A stretch of 62,509 nucleotides of DNA, the filler included, from Diploschistes diacapsis (taxonomy: Eukaryota), in assembly GCA_023645945.1 (NCBI GenBank). It is 22 parts of 22 records of this genome, joined end to end, with 100 filler letters (N's around TTAATTAATTAA, not from the genome) between each part and the next. Parts side by side here need not be neighbours in the genome. Positions count along the whole stretch, not along the records: positions 11,197 to 12,961 come from JALAIB010002649.1; positions 13,062 to 36,499 come from JALAIB010000265.1; 20 more parts are not named here. One strand, written 5' to 3'. This document shows, in pieces, positions 11,813 through 24,877 of the stretch; position 1 is the stretch's first letter; each line of letters begins with the position of its first letter. The translations under genes and the position numbers were made by a program. Below the pieces are notes generated by a model. It ran no database searches, was not told the DNA's origin, and saw only the letters and a list, made by a program, of their open reading frames with translations.

Positions 11813-12654
11813 CTATATATCCTTGAACGGATCCACGTCGAGAAACCCAGCATCTCCAAACTGAGGCTGATGTATAGGTTCTCCATTCCCATCGTCTTCT
11901 ATTGTCTCCAAATCTATGTTGTTCTCACTGCTCGGATCAACGATTGCCTGCACTAGGGCAACCGCATACTCGCCGTCATGGCTGATGCTGAGGTCCGCTG
12001 TTTGCCGGTCCTCGGGACGGACGAGCTTCGGGCGGAAATACATCCCTGAAAGCTTGGCTTCCACAGAAGGGACGACAAGGCCGAGCTTGAAGGCTTTGAA
12101 GGTCTTCGGTTTGAGCCCACGCTTCTCGGCCACGGCGTGGGACATCTTGACAAGAGGCTGAGGCGGGTCGATGAGCATGGTAATGCGGGAAAGCCTGTTG
12201 CTGGTGACGACGGAGATCTCGGGCAATGTGAGACGGCGGTAGGGGCTGTGGGCTTTAACTGCGGCTTCCTTAGCTGCCCACCTGTGTGACATGGAATCGC
12301 GACATCAGTAACGTGGCACGGCAAGGGAGTTTAGTTCATCCGCAATCGCTGAAGAGGGGGATGGGATGCCCACCTGCCTGCTATCCATTGTGCCATCATC
12401 CCCACGTTAGCGTTCTTGTCCGTGGACAATGCTTTTGTGACCACATTCACATGTTGACGATAGTGCTGCCACTCGAGTCGGCTCAGAACCTTTCTAGCCC
12501 AGTCATGGAGCAAACTCTCGGAAACTTCATTGGCGTGCTCGACCTCGGTGGGTGTTGTTACGAGTTTCTGCGAGATCAGCTTCTTGAATCTAGGAATGTG
12601 GGCGACATCGACACCAATGCGGAACTGCGAAGGGAAAGGTTTGGCCTTGACCAT
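11813..12654 (-). CDS. AcpS-type 4'-phosphopantetheinyl transferase (Ppt2/PptB-like), 2 exons (12654-12374, 12281-11813)
   Basis: IGVDV, IAGR/WAAKEA across a GT-AG intron (12373-12282), LSISHDGEYAVA. Confidence 0.9.
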
Positions 12655-12821
12655 GCCTCGACCCTAGGATCGAGATGGATCAAGATAGCAGCTACGGAAT
12701 GCTGTGGACTGATGCAACCCGCATTGAAGTGTTGCTGCAAAACTGAGAAAAGTAAAGCCATGCCAAGCCAGGGGTGCAGTTATTTTAACCGAAATATACA
12801 CTTAAGCTTATTAATGATTTA

Positions 12822-12961
12822 ACGTGTTTGACGGGGAACCGGGCCACCCCCAGAAATGGGCCACCTCTCATTACAACTTTCATCTTTTTCTTCGATTTTT
12901 TCAACAATAACTACCTCGCATCGTAATAATTCGATTCTAATAAAATCTAATATCAACGACT
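12822..12961 (+). mobile_element. Pogo/Fot1 element terminus (TIR) upstream of the PPTase gene
   Basis: TA|ACGTGTTTGACGGGGAACCGGGCCACCCCCAGAAATGGGCCAC, same TIR type as 49946 and 53047. Confidence 0.8.
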
Positions 12962-13573
12962 NNNNNNNNNNNNNNNNNNNNNNNNNNNNNNNNNNNNNNN
13001 NNNNNTTAATTAATTAANNNNNNNNNNNNNNNNNNNNNNNNNNNNNNNNNNNNNNNNNNNNGAGGTGGGGAGGGTGTTGAGGGCGTGGGTTAACGGTGTG
13101 GCTGTTTCGTGAGGGGTGGTGTTGGGGGTAAATTATGGGAGGAAAGAGGATTGGGAAGATGAGAGGGGGTGCCGGTTCCGAGTAAGAATACCTAGCATGG
13201 TGATGGGAATTGTGGGCTTCGAGGGAGTACGTTACATGTATAGCTTTGGTTGCGGCTGAGGGCTATCTAGGTGTTTGAAACCTCCAGAGGCCGGCCGGAA
13301 GATGTTAAGTGTGCTATACGGCCAAAGTCACGGTGGTCAAAGAGCATGATAATGCTTGCATGTACGGTACAGACTCCCTCAAAACGCCGTCAGCGATCAA
13401 GCCCAATTTCAGCCAACCATCACCATCCCACTAGTGTCATGCGATCACGCATCCAAAGTTTCATCAGCGTCATAGCAAGCGTCCCGTTCCCTGTCCCAAT
13501 TCTCCTTCAAACCTACACAACAATTTTACCCAAGGGCAGACCTCATTGACTGTCCCAATAACCGTCCACCTCC

Positions 13574-16500
13574 TTACATCTTCCCAAAGTCCATGGGCTT
13601 CCCAAGCGGACTGCCCACACGAGGTGCCCACTGCAGACTTTTACGTCTTGCCACCATCAGCTTCTCCCTCACACTTTCGTCAGGCTGATCGTCAATATCC
13701 CCGGATAAAGGGAACAGACTCTGCATGTGCTGCTTCGGCGGGCACGTCTGCTGAATCAGCTGGTTCCCTTGCGCCATGTAGTATGGCGTTGTCGGCGAGA
13801 AATTACCGTCCGTTGGATCGAACGCTGCGGGCGTCGGGGTATTAGGGAGGACAGAGGACTCATCCACTACCTCCTCTTCTTCCTGTTGTGCTGTTGGAGT
13901 CGCAGCGATTGAGAGGGCTTGATTGTCGTGTTGGGAAGTGGCACTGCTGAACTTGAGAAATTCTTTTGTAGGGGACAGGTCGATGAAGGTGCTTTGTTTG
14001 CCCGGCGTAAGGGTGGGCACAATTTGTCCATCGAGGTTGGCAAGCGCCTTAGGCTCCATTGATTTGCGCCTGTTGTGTCCACCCCGCGGGACTGTCGAAG
14101 TGTCGACGGCATAGTCAGACTCGTCGAGCCACTTATTTTCGCGTTCGCAGCTGTTGATCGTTAGCGTGACTCAACCTGAAGACTCTACGATTATGACTTA
14201 CTCTAGAACCCATCCAACGCCGACGCAAAGCACGAGGCCTTTTGCTTCTCGCACCTTTTGCAGTGTGCGCTTGCCGCCGTCTTTGAAAACAACATGGGTG
14301 ATACCAACTTTGCCATTGGCCGTTGGATCTTCACCGGCGGCTAGACTTGCTCGCGGGTTCCAGTTCCATTGCTTGATGCACCTGGCGCCCATGGAGTTCA
14401 GCAGCTCAACAAAGATGCCGCTAGCATCGGCACCTTCAGTTGTGTGAACATCAACATGGACTACGGCGCCCCGGAGAATCTGTGCGTCAGCGCCCTTTCT
14501 AACAGACTTGATTGGGCTTCCAGCCAGAGAGGCCAAGTCAATGGATGGTGTTCGAGAGTCTTTGCCTAATTTCCCAGCAGACTCTGGGGTAACGACAGGC
14601 TTCAAAATTTCAGCGATTGTTGCTCCAATCTCCTTGTTGCTGGTGCCCAACCCCTGAACAGTATCCTTAAACAAAGGATCTTCTGATAATTTGAGTTCGA
14701 CCAATGGACCAGACAAGGACTTGCTCCTTTTCTTGGGCACCGTTAGCTCCGACGGCGAGTCCTCCTGAGCCTTCTTCAAGGGCACTTTGGAAACGGTGTA
14801 GACAACCTTTGGACGGTGGTTGAAAACTTTTGCAGGTGTTACGAACGTCTCCTTAACAGCATCCAGAGCAGTTATGCCCACAATTTGTTGAGTGGGAGCT
14901 CCCTGGGGAACTGCATTTTCATCACCGTACTCGGACTCTTGCGATAGTTGGACGAGCTCAGCATTTTCAGCAGCCGCGATCTGACCATGGAGATCTTGGT
15001 TTTGAGCCTGTGGCGACGCCGATAATGGCGAAGCTGCTGTGTCGCAAGTGGCGATCTGTTCCTCGAAAAAGGTAGGAGTGCCTGGAGGAGTCACGGTACC
15101 ACCACGAGACATCTTTCCAGAGTTCCTCCGCAGCACTTCTCCAACGGGAAGGAAAATACCGTCGGGTTGGACTTCATCAGTCTCCTCGTCCCTTTGTGGA
15201 CTGGTAGCGAGCCAACTGCTCATTTGAACGGCCAAGGGTGTCATAGATAGCCTAGTCACGACATTTGATCGTCGACTGACATTTTCTGGACTGGTCACAG
15301 TGAGAGCTGTACCTCCCTTGAGCGCCGGCGTGAAGCCTTGAGCTGTTAACAGCACGTTCTTGATCGGTGATTTCATAGTAGGTGTTCCTGATTGGAGTTC
15401 ATCTTCCGAGTCTTCCTCTGCGATTACTGCACGAAACGGTTGAGGCGTATCCGAGAAGATGTCTTGTATGTCGAAGCGGGCAGGCTTGATCGGACTTTGG
15501 CGCTCTTCTTCCTGAGGCTCTTGCATAACTTCATCATCATCAATTTCGGCAATAGACTTAGTTAAAGTTTGCTCTAGAGGCTCTTGGTTAACCCTGGGTA
15601 CAGAGGGCTCAGATATCTCTGGTAGAGAAGGCTTGATTGGGGAGCCGATGCCCCTAGAAGCCCCAAGGGGCGTGCCGAAGAGTTTCCTTGGAGTCGCGGA
15701 GAAGAGAGTGGAACTCTTCATCTGTCTCATGGCAGAGGTAGTAATTGCCACAGGAATTGGAGCTCCAGGCTTTCCTGGGACCCTCAAGCTACCAATCTTC
15801 AAAGGGGAATTAGGCCGACGCGCTGGTGAGCCAAAAAGGGCAGCTCTGCTCAATGACGGAGCCTTCAGATCAATGCTATCTTGTGCTTGCACGTTTGCAG
15901 GCAGCAAGCCAAGTCTCTTGGGTGACCGCTTCATAGAGTCCTTGAACTGAGACTGAATATCTGGAATATTCCCAGTGGCTTTCATTGGAGAAAAAACAGG
16001 GACCTTCTTGGGAGACTGTTTGAGCGCGTCCTTGAATGGAGAAACTGGTAATCTCTTGGCCGGACTAGTCAAAAGTGGAGGAGCCATATTATTTGTTGGC
16101 TGATTCTCTATTGAGCCTTCCTGTTCGTCCTTACCGTGCACATGAGGTGAGTCGGCTTTCTTCCAGGGTGTTGACTTGATAGGAGTTTTGTTGATTTGCT
16201 TGATAGGGCTCTTGCCCAACTCGTCTTCTGAGCTGAATGAACTGTTGCTCTTTGCAACTTGCGTAACCTTCTTTGGTGATAGGGGTTGAGAGGGTTTCTC
16301 AGATTTCGTAGTGGTTGCAGCTGCTCTCGTTGTGCGGGTGTTAGCTTGAGTTTGAGCGGGTCGGCGAACAGGCTTCGCTTTAAGACCAGCCTCCTTCAGT
16401 GTAGCCTTCCCAATGCTCGCTTGCGAGACAAGAACGTTTTCCTTGTCCTGTGACACATCGTCTCGGAAGGTGACCTTCGTATTCTTTGCTTTGATGGGCT

Positions 16501-17089
16501 CCAGCTGCTCTGGTTCTAAAGTCATGGTTCCTGCACGCGTACGAGTGATCCGTCTCGTAGGATTACTTGCTGACTCGGCTATGGGCTGTTCAGACTTGTT
16601 TTGCTTAGTGACCATATCACCTTTAGCAGCTCTGACACGGGTGGACCGCGTCTTTAGCTGCTCCTCCACTGCATTTGCGTCGCCAGCCACCTTTGCCCTC
16701 GTTTGGCGCGTCTTAGGCTTAATTATCTTCGGTGCGGTCTCTTCACTCGTAGCTTCAGTCTTCTTGGGCCTGCCCCGAGTCTTTGGTGGTTCTGGCTTAT
16801 CGGCCTGCGTTGGATCATCCCTCACATTCTCGCCGCTATTTTTCTTGGTATTGATCTTGCGCTTTATGGTGCGCGTTGTGTTTGACGCTGTTTTCGGTGC
16901 TGAAGCCGCTTTAGCCTCTGCTGCAATTCTCGCTGAAGCCGTTGTGATACGAGTTGTTTTGGGCTTCTCGCTCACATCCATAGCTGACATTGTCGCCTTT
17001 GCTCGCGTAACCCGCTTCGGTGGAGAATCCGCCATATCATCGGCTTTCTTGCGCTTTCGCGTAGTTGTTGAATCTGTTTTATTAGGCAT
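13574..17089 (-). CDS. Large S/TP-rich BRCT-domain protein (microcephalin-like BRCT), intron 14201-14151; start could instead be 17035
   Basis: 974-aa ORF joins the downstream ORF through GTAAGT...CTAAC...CAG; BRCT-like LRGAVVHVDV...ITHVVFKDGG...CVGVGWVL/DCE. Confidence 0.85.
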
Positions 17090-17861
17090 CTGGAAGATGA
17101 GGGGGAATGTTTGTTTAGTCACGGAATCATGTCCGTGGTGTTCGGACTGTGCAACAAGCGGAGTCTTAAAGCTTGTTGATCAACGCTTGTGATATCGTAA
17201 ATATTTTCCTATGTGTTGCTGAGCAACAAAAGGCTTGATGTTAGCTTCAACCAATCAGCGCAGCTAAACTATACTCATCTTGTTTACTTTGGCGCTAAAC
17301 AAATTGGTACCTTGTAGCCTGAGGAGCCCATGATAGTATGACGCAGGACATTTCCCTCTTACAGAGAGTTGATATCACATGTGGTTGCTTTGGGCTTGCC
17401 ACAATTCCACGAGATGTAAGAAATATGCTATTATGATGGCAAGAATCTCAGTATCGCTGCTTCAAGTAACAATACAGAGTCTTTAAACCGGACCGACTCG
17501 AGTACAGATATGTCAGAATACAAAAGTAGCTAGTAAGCACAGCGTGAACCTCTGCCGGCAAACCCATGAATGGCTCCAGCTTCCTGTCATGTGTACATGT
17601 AGCTGCCCTGCACCAATGTTGAGATGTTTCAAGTAGCGCCTACTCCATACTGTTATCTAGAGTCTACCGCTATGAAGAGTGACTTCGGTTAAAGACTGAG
17701 TTTCCTGGCGCCTTAGCTCGTAGTTGACAAAGCCTGTTCATGAGGGAAGCCGTTTCGATATAAGCACACAAGGGTTGGCGCAAGGTACTTCAGTGATCAA
17801 CCTTTGAGTCTTTATTTGTTCAACCTTCTTTCAGTCCGCAAGCAAAGATTGCTCATCCACT

Positions 17862-18047
17862 TCATCCACGTCTTTCCAGATCCGCCGCCGATGTATTGGA
17901 CTTGGGCATCGTCTTCTGCTCTTTCCCAAGCACAAGCCGTTCCCACAGTACCCAGCTAGTGACGATGACAATTGGCATGGCAACCATGAATCTTGTGTAC
18001 TTTCCTGCGGTTTGTGTATATTGCGGAGATGGTCTCCTGTTTGCCAT
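17862..18047 (-). CDS. Small (61 aa) predicted single-pass membrane protein
   Basis: MANRRPSPQY...FMVAMPIVIVTSWVLWERLVLGKEQK; one hydrophobic helix with basic flanks; resembles small conserved Pezizomycotina proteins (from memory). Confidence 0.6.
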   Translation of the reverse strand: MANRRPSPQYTQTAGKYTRFMVAMPIVIVTSWVLWERLVLGKEQKTMPKSNTSAADLERRG

Positions 18048-18861
18048 TCTGTGCAATTTTCGGTAGTAAGTGTGCTGGGTTTTAAGATGTTGTCAAGGAG
18101 ATAGTAGTCATAAAGCAGACGGCGTAACAGATGGGTGATTATACTTCAGAGATTCCAGCATCAAAGGACCGGATATGAGTTGAGACTTAATGCTGAAAGA
18201 CTCGCCTACTCTGTAAGAAGTGTTATTGATGCCCCGTTACAATCGTGATAGAGAGACACCCCTAACAGCTAAAGGAATATCCTTCGCCGGCGCAAGAGCC
18301 TAGTTCCCATTCGGATTAGCGGATGCTATCTCAACCGTCAGCTGCTATAGAGCTTGTCAAATGCTAACCTTGAAGGGCTTAGCGTTAAAGACTAACCCAA
18401 AGGGGCTTACATTTAAGCCGGCGCCAGTGTCACAGTCTGAGGTACTGAGACAAGCATCTATTCACACTATCAGACTGAGCACGCTAATTAAATGGTGTAT
18501 TCAGAGCATGAAGGCTGTGACTATTGTCTGAAGCGTAGAACCGGGATGGTATAAGTAAAAAAGCATAGCGCACAATCACCGCTAACAATACAATGCCGCA
18601 AATATTGACTTCTCAATAATAAGACCTAGATCTAATAGCCTCTTCTCTATCGCTGCCAAACCAACTTCGCTTATAGATATTCAAGCAGGAACACAACGAG
18701 GCCTCCTATCCCAATACAGTGCCTAAATAAGAATGGTCATCATAAAACACCATTCCATGCAACACTTGTAATAGACCTGCGTGAATTGTTCGTCCGCATC
18801 ATGTGCCCAATAGTAAGGATATACCATCGACCTCGACCCACTTCCTCCCAGAGGCTAATCA

Positions 18862-21111
18862 TTAGTGTCGGGGGGTGCCGATCCTGGACCCGGGCAGAGG
18901 CGGGAACCCATAGCTCCTAATCTTGTGCTGCTCCTCTTCGGTCCGTGCACCAGAACTTTGGTGTGGACTGAGAATCGACAATTTGTACTTGGCGGCGATG
19001 GATGGGATCATCTGGGGTGGACCAACAGCTGACGGGGTGCTGACAGCAGGTTCTATGGGAAAGAGCGCAGGGTCGATTGGCGTTGCAGATTTGGCATGGA
19101 CGATCACGTTGGGACCTGATAACATAGACAAGCTGTCGATTAACTCTGGCTCCCATTTCAAGAGCTCGGCTAGTTGACTGTAGAGATGAGAGATAGCTTC
19201 GCTCTTCGCCTTGGTCATCACGGAGTTGGTGCGGAGATTTGCGTCGGCTAGAAGCTTCCGAGCCTTGTCAGCTAGTGTGTGCGCATCAAACCCGCTTTTC
19301 CTGCGTTGTTTTGCCTCGAACGCCATGCGTTTGTTGACTAGCTGATCGATGGCAAAATCGATCGTATCTCCAATGGTCGAATCTGGCCTCGTTCCAGCGC
19401 TCGCCGAAGTGTCTCCATTTGCAAGCTCGATTAGATCTGCAATTGTCTCATCGTCAGTACCGTCAGTCATGTCTCCGTCTCCGTCCTCATCTTTGTCTTC
19501 GCCCTCCTCAAGCATGCCCCCCAATGGTCCCGCATTTGCCGTCACCAGGAATGCATCGAGGTCGATACCGGCCGGAGCGGCGCCGTTGACCATCTTCTGA
19601 GACTCCTTTCCTGGCTGATGATTAGAATCTGAGGAAGTATGGATTGTAAAATCGTTAATATGAGCTAGGATTGCAACAGCGTCATTGATAACTTTCATCA
19701 GCTCATTGGTGTCTGCTGAAGCCTCGTCACCTTGTGCAGGCGGTGATTGTATCGATAATCCCGTCGAGCTCCTAGTAGCACCGCTCGGCGGAGTGGGATT
19801 AGCAAGATATGAAACTCCTTCATGAGACATGGCAACCGGCTCGGAGTCGGCTTCCGCCGCAGCAGCGAGACCAGCTCTAATGCTACCCATCGCTTCCGTA
19901 AAACCTGCAATCTTTTCAAACACGGTCTTCAAGATCTCATCCTCGCCTCTCCAGATCTCATCGATCGCCGCTAGTAGAGTCTTGACAGTCTTCATGGCCT
20001 GTGATTTGGCTCTTCGGCTTGTCTTAGGAAAGAGTAGATCGACGACGAGCCAAAGGATTTCTCGTGCTTTTGGTGACAGAGATGAATTGGGGACAACCAT
20101 AGCATTTCTTGCGTCTATCGGAATTCTGAAATCTGGGAATCTATCAAACTCCGACGCTAGTATTCCGAGCTTTGCCTCCATCTTGTTTCGTCGCTTAGTG
20201 AGCTCATCTTCGATCCATACCATCTTTTCTGGTGTGTTGTCGTGTCCGAACTTTAGCTTAGCCTCCCTATTCACACGAGAGCGCATGTCGTTCAGGTTTT
20301 CTAAGAACCGTTAGTTAGATGGATGGTCGTGAGAAAGCTACAGCTGCTGCAACTTACTGCGCACTTTGTTGCTGGCTCGCCATCGTCGCTGCCGTTTCCG
20401 AGCTTGTTCCCTCACGTTGTTGTTCCCCGCCATGGTTATAGATACGTCCTCTTCTTCCAGACCTTGCTGTGTCGCGGGAGGACCCTCGATTGGAGTAACG
20501 GTCTTCGAACTGGTTGCGTCTGAGTGATCGAAGTGACTAATTTGATATACCGTCCACCAGGTAAACTCGACAGGGTCTTTCGGAGCATCGATGAACTTGA
20601 TGTCGTTCCCGCGAGTAAATTTACTGGCTTTAGCCTCCGATTTTCGGAAGCGAGGAATCGACGACTTTATTAGGGTCTGACTGCCTTGCGATTGTTTGCT
20701 TGCACTTGAGTCTGCCTTTGGGATTTTTGGTTGCCCAGGGGGGGCATAAGGTCTAAATTGAAGTTTCGCGGTCGGCCGACGAACTCGTTTGGCAGGTGTT
20801 GAAGTATCTGGCCTCTTGTCTCCTTCGGCGTGCTGCGCAGTGCTGTGCTCCATGTTGCCTCTATCGAGAGACTCTGCGAGGATAGCGCCGTCAACTGTAC
20901 CGTTCTTCTGCAAGCCTTGCGTAGAATCATACGACATAGCGGCCGTATCCGTATCCTTCTTTTGCGGACTTGTAAAGGGATTATTCGGCACTTGATATTG
21001 TTTGAAGCGGAACGACGTGGGCTTTTTGAATTCAGAGACCTCTCTTTTCGCCCGCTTCGTCCTGTGCAAATCTCCATCTCTTCCTTTGAGTGTTATTGTA
21101 TCAGGGTTCAT
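18862..21111 (-). CDS. DUF3020-like domain protein, intron 20357-20301
   Basis: Splicing (GTAAGT...CTAAC...TAG) joins two ORFs into VREQARKRQRRWRASNKVRKNLNDMRSRVNREAKLKFG...WIEDELTKRR, matching the DUF3020 pattern. Confidence 0.75.
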
Positions 21112-21859
21112 TATGACCGCATCCGGAAATTTCGCTTAGGGCTTGCTGAAAACAAAGCGCAACCGAGGTCGTGCATTTAAGTTGGGAGAATGGGGAGTTT
21201 GAGGGTGGAAATAATTAGAGAGTAGCTGGCAGTATGGAGGAAGCGGGTTGTCGGATGAGTATGTGTTGAATGATGCTGCAAGCCAGGCGTTCGCGAGAAA
21301 CCAAGAGATCGCCTGACCGGGTTAGACTTAGGGCTTGCCCTGGAGGGACTAGGTAGGTAGGTGGCGTTTCGAAGAGCAGTAACGGTGGGAAGTGTTTGGA
21401 TCGTTGCTGTCTAGTGAAAAGAAAGCTCGACGTTAGTACTGGCTTTATTCTATTCCAAAACAGCTTAACATTGTGGTTAAAACTTACCGCGCAGAAGATG
21501 CTCCGTCTCGAGTTATCTGTAGATAGGGGTCACAGTCCATGCCATGCTGACGTCTTTCGAAAGTTAGCGCTTTCGATTGCGGAGAGTGTTAGCTTCGTTT
21601 ATCATTTAAGTAAAGCGATAACGTAACTAATGGTGGAGAATTGGCAAGCGAAGGGTATGTGCCGTTATATCGAGGTTTAGGACTATACACTTTGAAGCTG
21701 TCGCAAGAATTGCAAACATCGCAAGCATCTCTTTCTGCCCCGGCGAGCAGGGGCTTGCGAAGCCGGATCAATCTTAACTCCGAAACGGCTCCCTACAGAG
21801 CTACCGTGTCTTGAACTCCCGTAGAAACTCCTTGTTCTTGGCTTCTTACATCCTACAAA

Positions 21860-22878
21860 ATGCGCTCCACAATTGCGGCGACTCTTGTCGCGTTACTCTT
21901 TTATGGAGTTGAGCACGCTCTTGCCGCTTCGTGGAGTTTCAAGGATGCCACGATTCAAGTGCAATCAAAGGGCCAAGGGGTGGGTGGTGGCTCGAAAGAG
22001 ACGTACAAAATCACTCACTAGCTGAGTTTCGGCAAGCTGACCTTGGAGCAGATTGACTGAGGGTCAAGTTCTACCTAAGGCTGTGGAACTGGGCGCGTCG
22101 GATACGTTGAAAATAATCCTGACGACTCTGGAAGGGAACAATGCAAAGCGGCCGCATCAAACATATCTGTCCATCTCGGACGCCTCCGGCCTCGAGACAT
22201 CATTTCCGTTTTCCGTGAAGGATAGCGGCAAAGGAAAGCTTGAGCTTGTATGCTTCGTTTACGATCCCTGTTGAACTGCCAGCTGACGCCGCAATGTCAG
22301 ACTCAGAAAGACATTCCGGAGCAATTGCTCGTTTCCACAACTCCACTTTCGGCTTCAATCCTCGTCGCATCCTTTGGCGAAACACAACCATTCAACAAGA
22401 GGGCTTTCAATCTCAAACTACCAGACGATCCTCAAGCACCCCAGAAGACTATCGAGAAGCCGCTACGCTACGGCAAGCTGCCTGAAATCCACCACACATT
22501 CCGCACAGACCCCAAAAGCCCGCCAAAGATATTCACCCTCTTCTTCACCGCTGCTGTCCTCGTGGCTCTTCCAGCTCTATTCGGAACCGTATGTACCACT
22601 GACATCAAAGTGGCCGTGGACGCTGCTAATGTCTCCAGTGGATGTTGCTCGGTGCCAATTTAGGCCACCTCTCTAAAGCTCTCGGAGGCGCTCCAGTCTC
22701 TCATGCCTTGTATTTTGGCTCCATAATCAGCATGGAGGCTGTCTTCTTCATGTACTACTTGTCATGGAACTTGTTCCAAACGCTACCGGTGGCAGCGGTT
22801 GTTGGAGCTGTGATCTTTCTTAGCGGCAGCAGGGCGTTGACTGAGGTACAAGAGCGGAGACTTGCTGGCCTCCGATGA
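21860..22878 (+). CDS. SWP1: Oligosaccharyltransferase subunit Swp1/ribophorin II; introns 22003-22051, 22248-22300, 22589-22638
   Basis: Signal peptide; RPHQ motif; RYGKLPEIHHTFR; three C-terminal TM helices; canonical introns. Confidence 0.9.
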
Positions 22879-23328
22879 AAAGCGACTTTGAACGGATAGC
22901 AAACAAGTGTAAGATTAGCGGATTTACGACATATGGAGGGGGCTTATTGCTCAAAAACTATCCTGAAGGATCTACTTTGACATACTACAAGTGAAGGCTT
23001 CCCAGGCTTCAAACTAGTTCTGGCATCTCAAAGTGCACTAAAGGAGTGATCAAGCATGATGCACGTTTACAGGTGATTCGTAGGTCCGAAAGTGTAATTT
23101 TGACATATTCTTTGGCTCAAATGTTGATGTTTCAAGATATGCAGACTTCAAAAGTCTAGGCATAATGCTAGAGGCTTCCCCAATACCATGCAAGTTTACG
23201 GGGTTCAAAAGTACATCCTCGTAGCCCGCTCCATCCTACAGAGCAACGCGCTATATGCCCGCAACGCTATGCTTATCGCCTAACCAGAACTCCCCTTCCC
23301 CTGCCCATTCCCGACGCCCATGCATCCG

Positions 23329-24504
23329 TCAAACCTTCACGTTCTCCCCCTTCCCCGCCTCCGCAAGAACCTTCTCCTTCGGCTCCGCCCCATCCCTCAA
23401 ACGCCGCTTATACGCCTCACAGCTCTCCCACAGCCCCTCCTCCAGCCCGACAATCGGCTCGTACCCCAAGATATTATTGGCCTTCTTCTCGCTGCAATAC
23501 CGCACGGCGCACGCGTCCGCCACGCTCCCTGGGCTCAGCGTCGGCCTCATGCCCAGCAACATGCCAACGAAGTGCGTCACGCCCGCCACCAGGCTGGCCA
23601 GTCCCACCGGCACGTGCACCTCCACCGTCGGATACGCACCAAAGTTCTTCCAGACCTGGCGGCAGAAGTCCCGGAAGGGGATCGGGCAGCCGTTCGCTAT
23701 GAAGAAGGCTTCGCCCGCGGCCGTCGGGTTGGAGGATAGGAGGTTCTCGGCGGCGAGGACGTGCGCGTGCCCTACGTTGCGCACGTCCGTGATGTCCCAG
23801 AAGTTCAGGCCGTCGCCGATGATGTAGGGCATTTCGTGCTTGGCGATGCAGGCGTGCACCGAAGGGATGAGCTGGTAGTCGTCTGGCCCGAAGAGAACGC
23901 AGGGGCGCAGCGCGGTGGTGAGGAAGGGCTTGCCCTTGCGCTCGGGCGAGGAGGGGGTGGGCTCGTTGGCGGCGAGGACGAGGGCTTCGGCACGGGATTT
24001 GCTCTCGCCGTAGATCGTACTGTCCTTGGACGACGTCCGCCATGACTCGTCGGCGTAGGGGTACTGGAAGCGCGTGTCGTCGATGACGGAGCAGCAGGAG
24101 CCTGTCCAGACGAAGCCCCGCACTGAGAGCGTTGCTTTGGAGGCGGAGAGCAGGGTCTCGGTGCCGCCAATGTTCGTCTTGAAGACCTCCTTTTCTCGGC
24201 GCCGCGAGTAGCGGTCTGCGATGGAAGGCACTATGCCTGCTGTGTGTATGACTAGGGTTGGTGAAGCCTTGGAGAGAGCGGCTTCGACACTTTCCTGGTC
24301 GGTGATGTCGCCGGTGATGTAAGTTACTTTTTCGTGGTTTACGGAGGGGTTTGGTGGCGTTGAAGGGTTCATGACAGAGGAAACATTGTCGTAGCAAAAT
24401 AGAAGCCAGTCTGGGTGCGTGGACTGGATGCGTGAAATGATAGCACGGCCGACGAAACCGGCGCCGCCGGTGATGAATATCCTTTCAGGACCTGAAGAGG
24501 ACAT
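23329..24504 (-). CDS. 3-beta-hydroxysteroid dehydrogenase/decarboxylase family protein (Erg26-like extended SDR)
   Basis: ITGGAGFVG, YGESK catalytic motif, ALRPCVLFGPDD, NVGHAHVLAA. Confidence 0.88.
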   Translation of the reverse strand: MSSSGPERIFITGGAGFVGRAIISRIQSTHPDWLLFCYDNVSSVMNPSTPPNPSVNHEKVTYITGDITDQESVEAALSKASPTLVIHTAGIVPSIADRYSRRREKEVFKTNIGGTETLLSASKATLSVRGFVWTGSCCSVIDDTRFQYPYADESWRTSSKDSTIYGESKSRAEALVLAANEPTPSSPERKGKPFLTTALRPCVLFGPDDYQLIPSVHACIAKHEMPYIIGDGLNFWDITDVRNVGHAHVLAAENLLSSNPTAAGEAFFIANGCPIPFRDFCRQVWKNFGAYPTVEVHVPVGLASLVAGVTHFVGMLLGMRPTLSPGSVADACAVRYCSEKKANNILGYEPIVGLEEGLWESCEAYKRRLRDGAEPKEKVLAEAGKGENVKV

Positions 24505-24877
24505 ACTGTATGGGTCCAGTATGTGCCAGACTTGGGAAAGATTGTCAGTGTACAATATGCGTCTATCAATCTATTTCACATCAGAGAAGGAATCTAGTTA
24601 CAGAAATGGTGACTTCAGAGTAAGAATGATTCTATTGTAAGCATTGCGGAGATCACTAATCACATGTTCTGATTAAATTGTGAGCTCTAGACCTAGAAGT
24701 CTTCCCAGTTACTATTAGACTACCACCATTCCTCATGCATGCTATCAACTTGAATATCTTACTCACCAAGCAGGCATCTCGCTAACTCGCTACCGCGTCC
24801 ATCCAGCCCGCCCGGCGAGAGAGTGATCAGAGCTTCTACGTGACAGCTATGGATTCCCCGCAGCATCCATCTTCACC

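Noticed and set aside
8612..12654. Peptide precursor, enoyl-CoA hydratase and PPTase as a biosynthetic cluster
   Set aside because: The precursor is on a different contig, and an AcpS-type PPTase points to primary metabolism.
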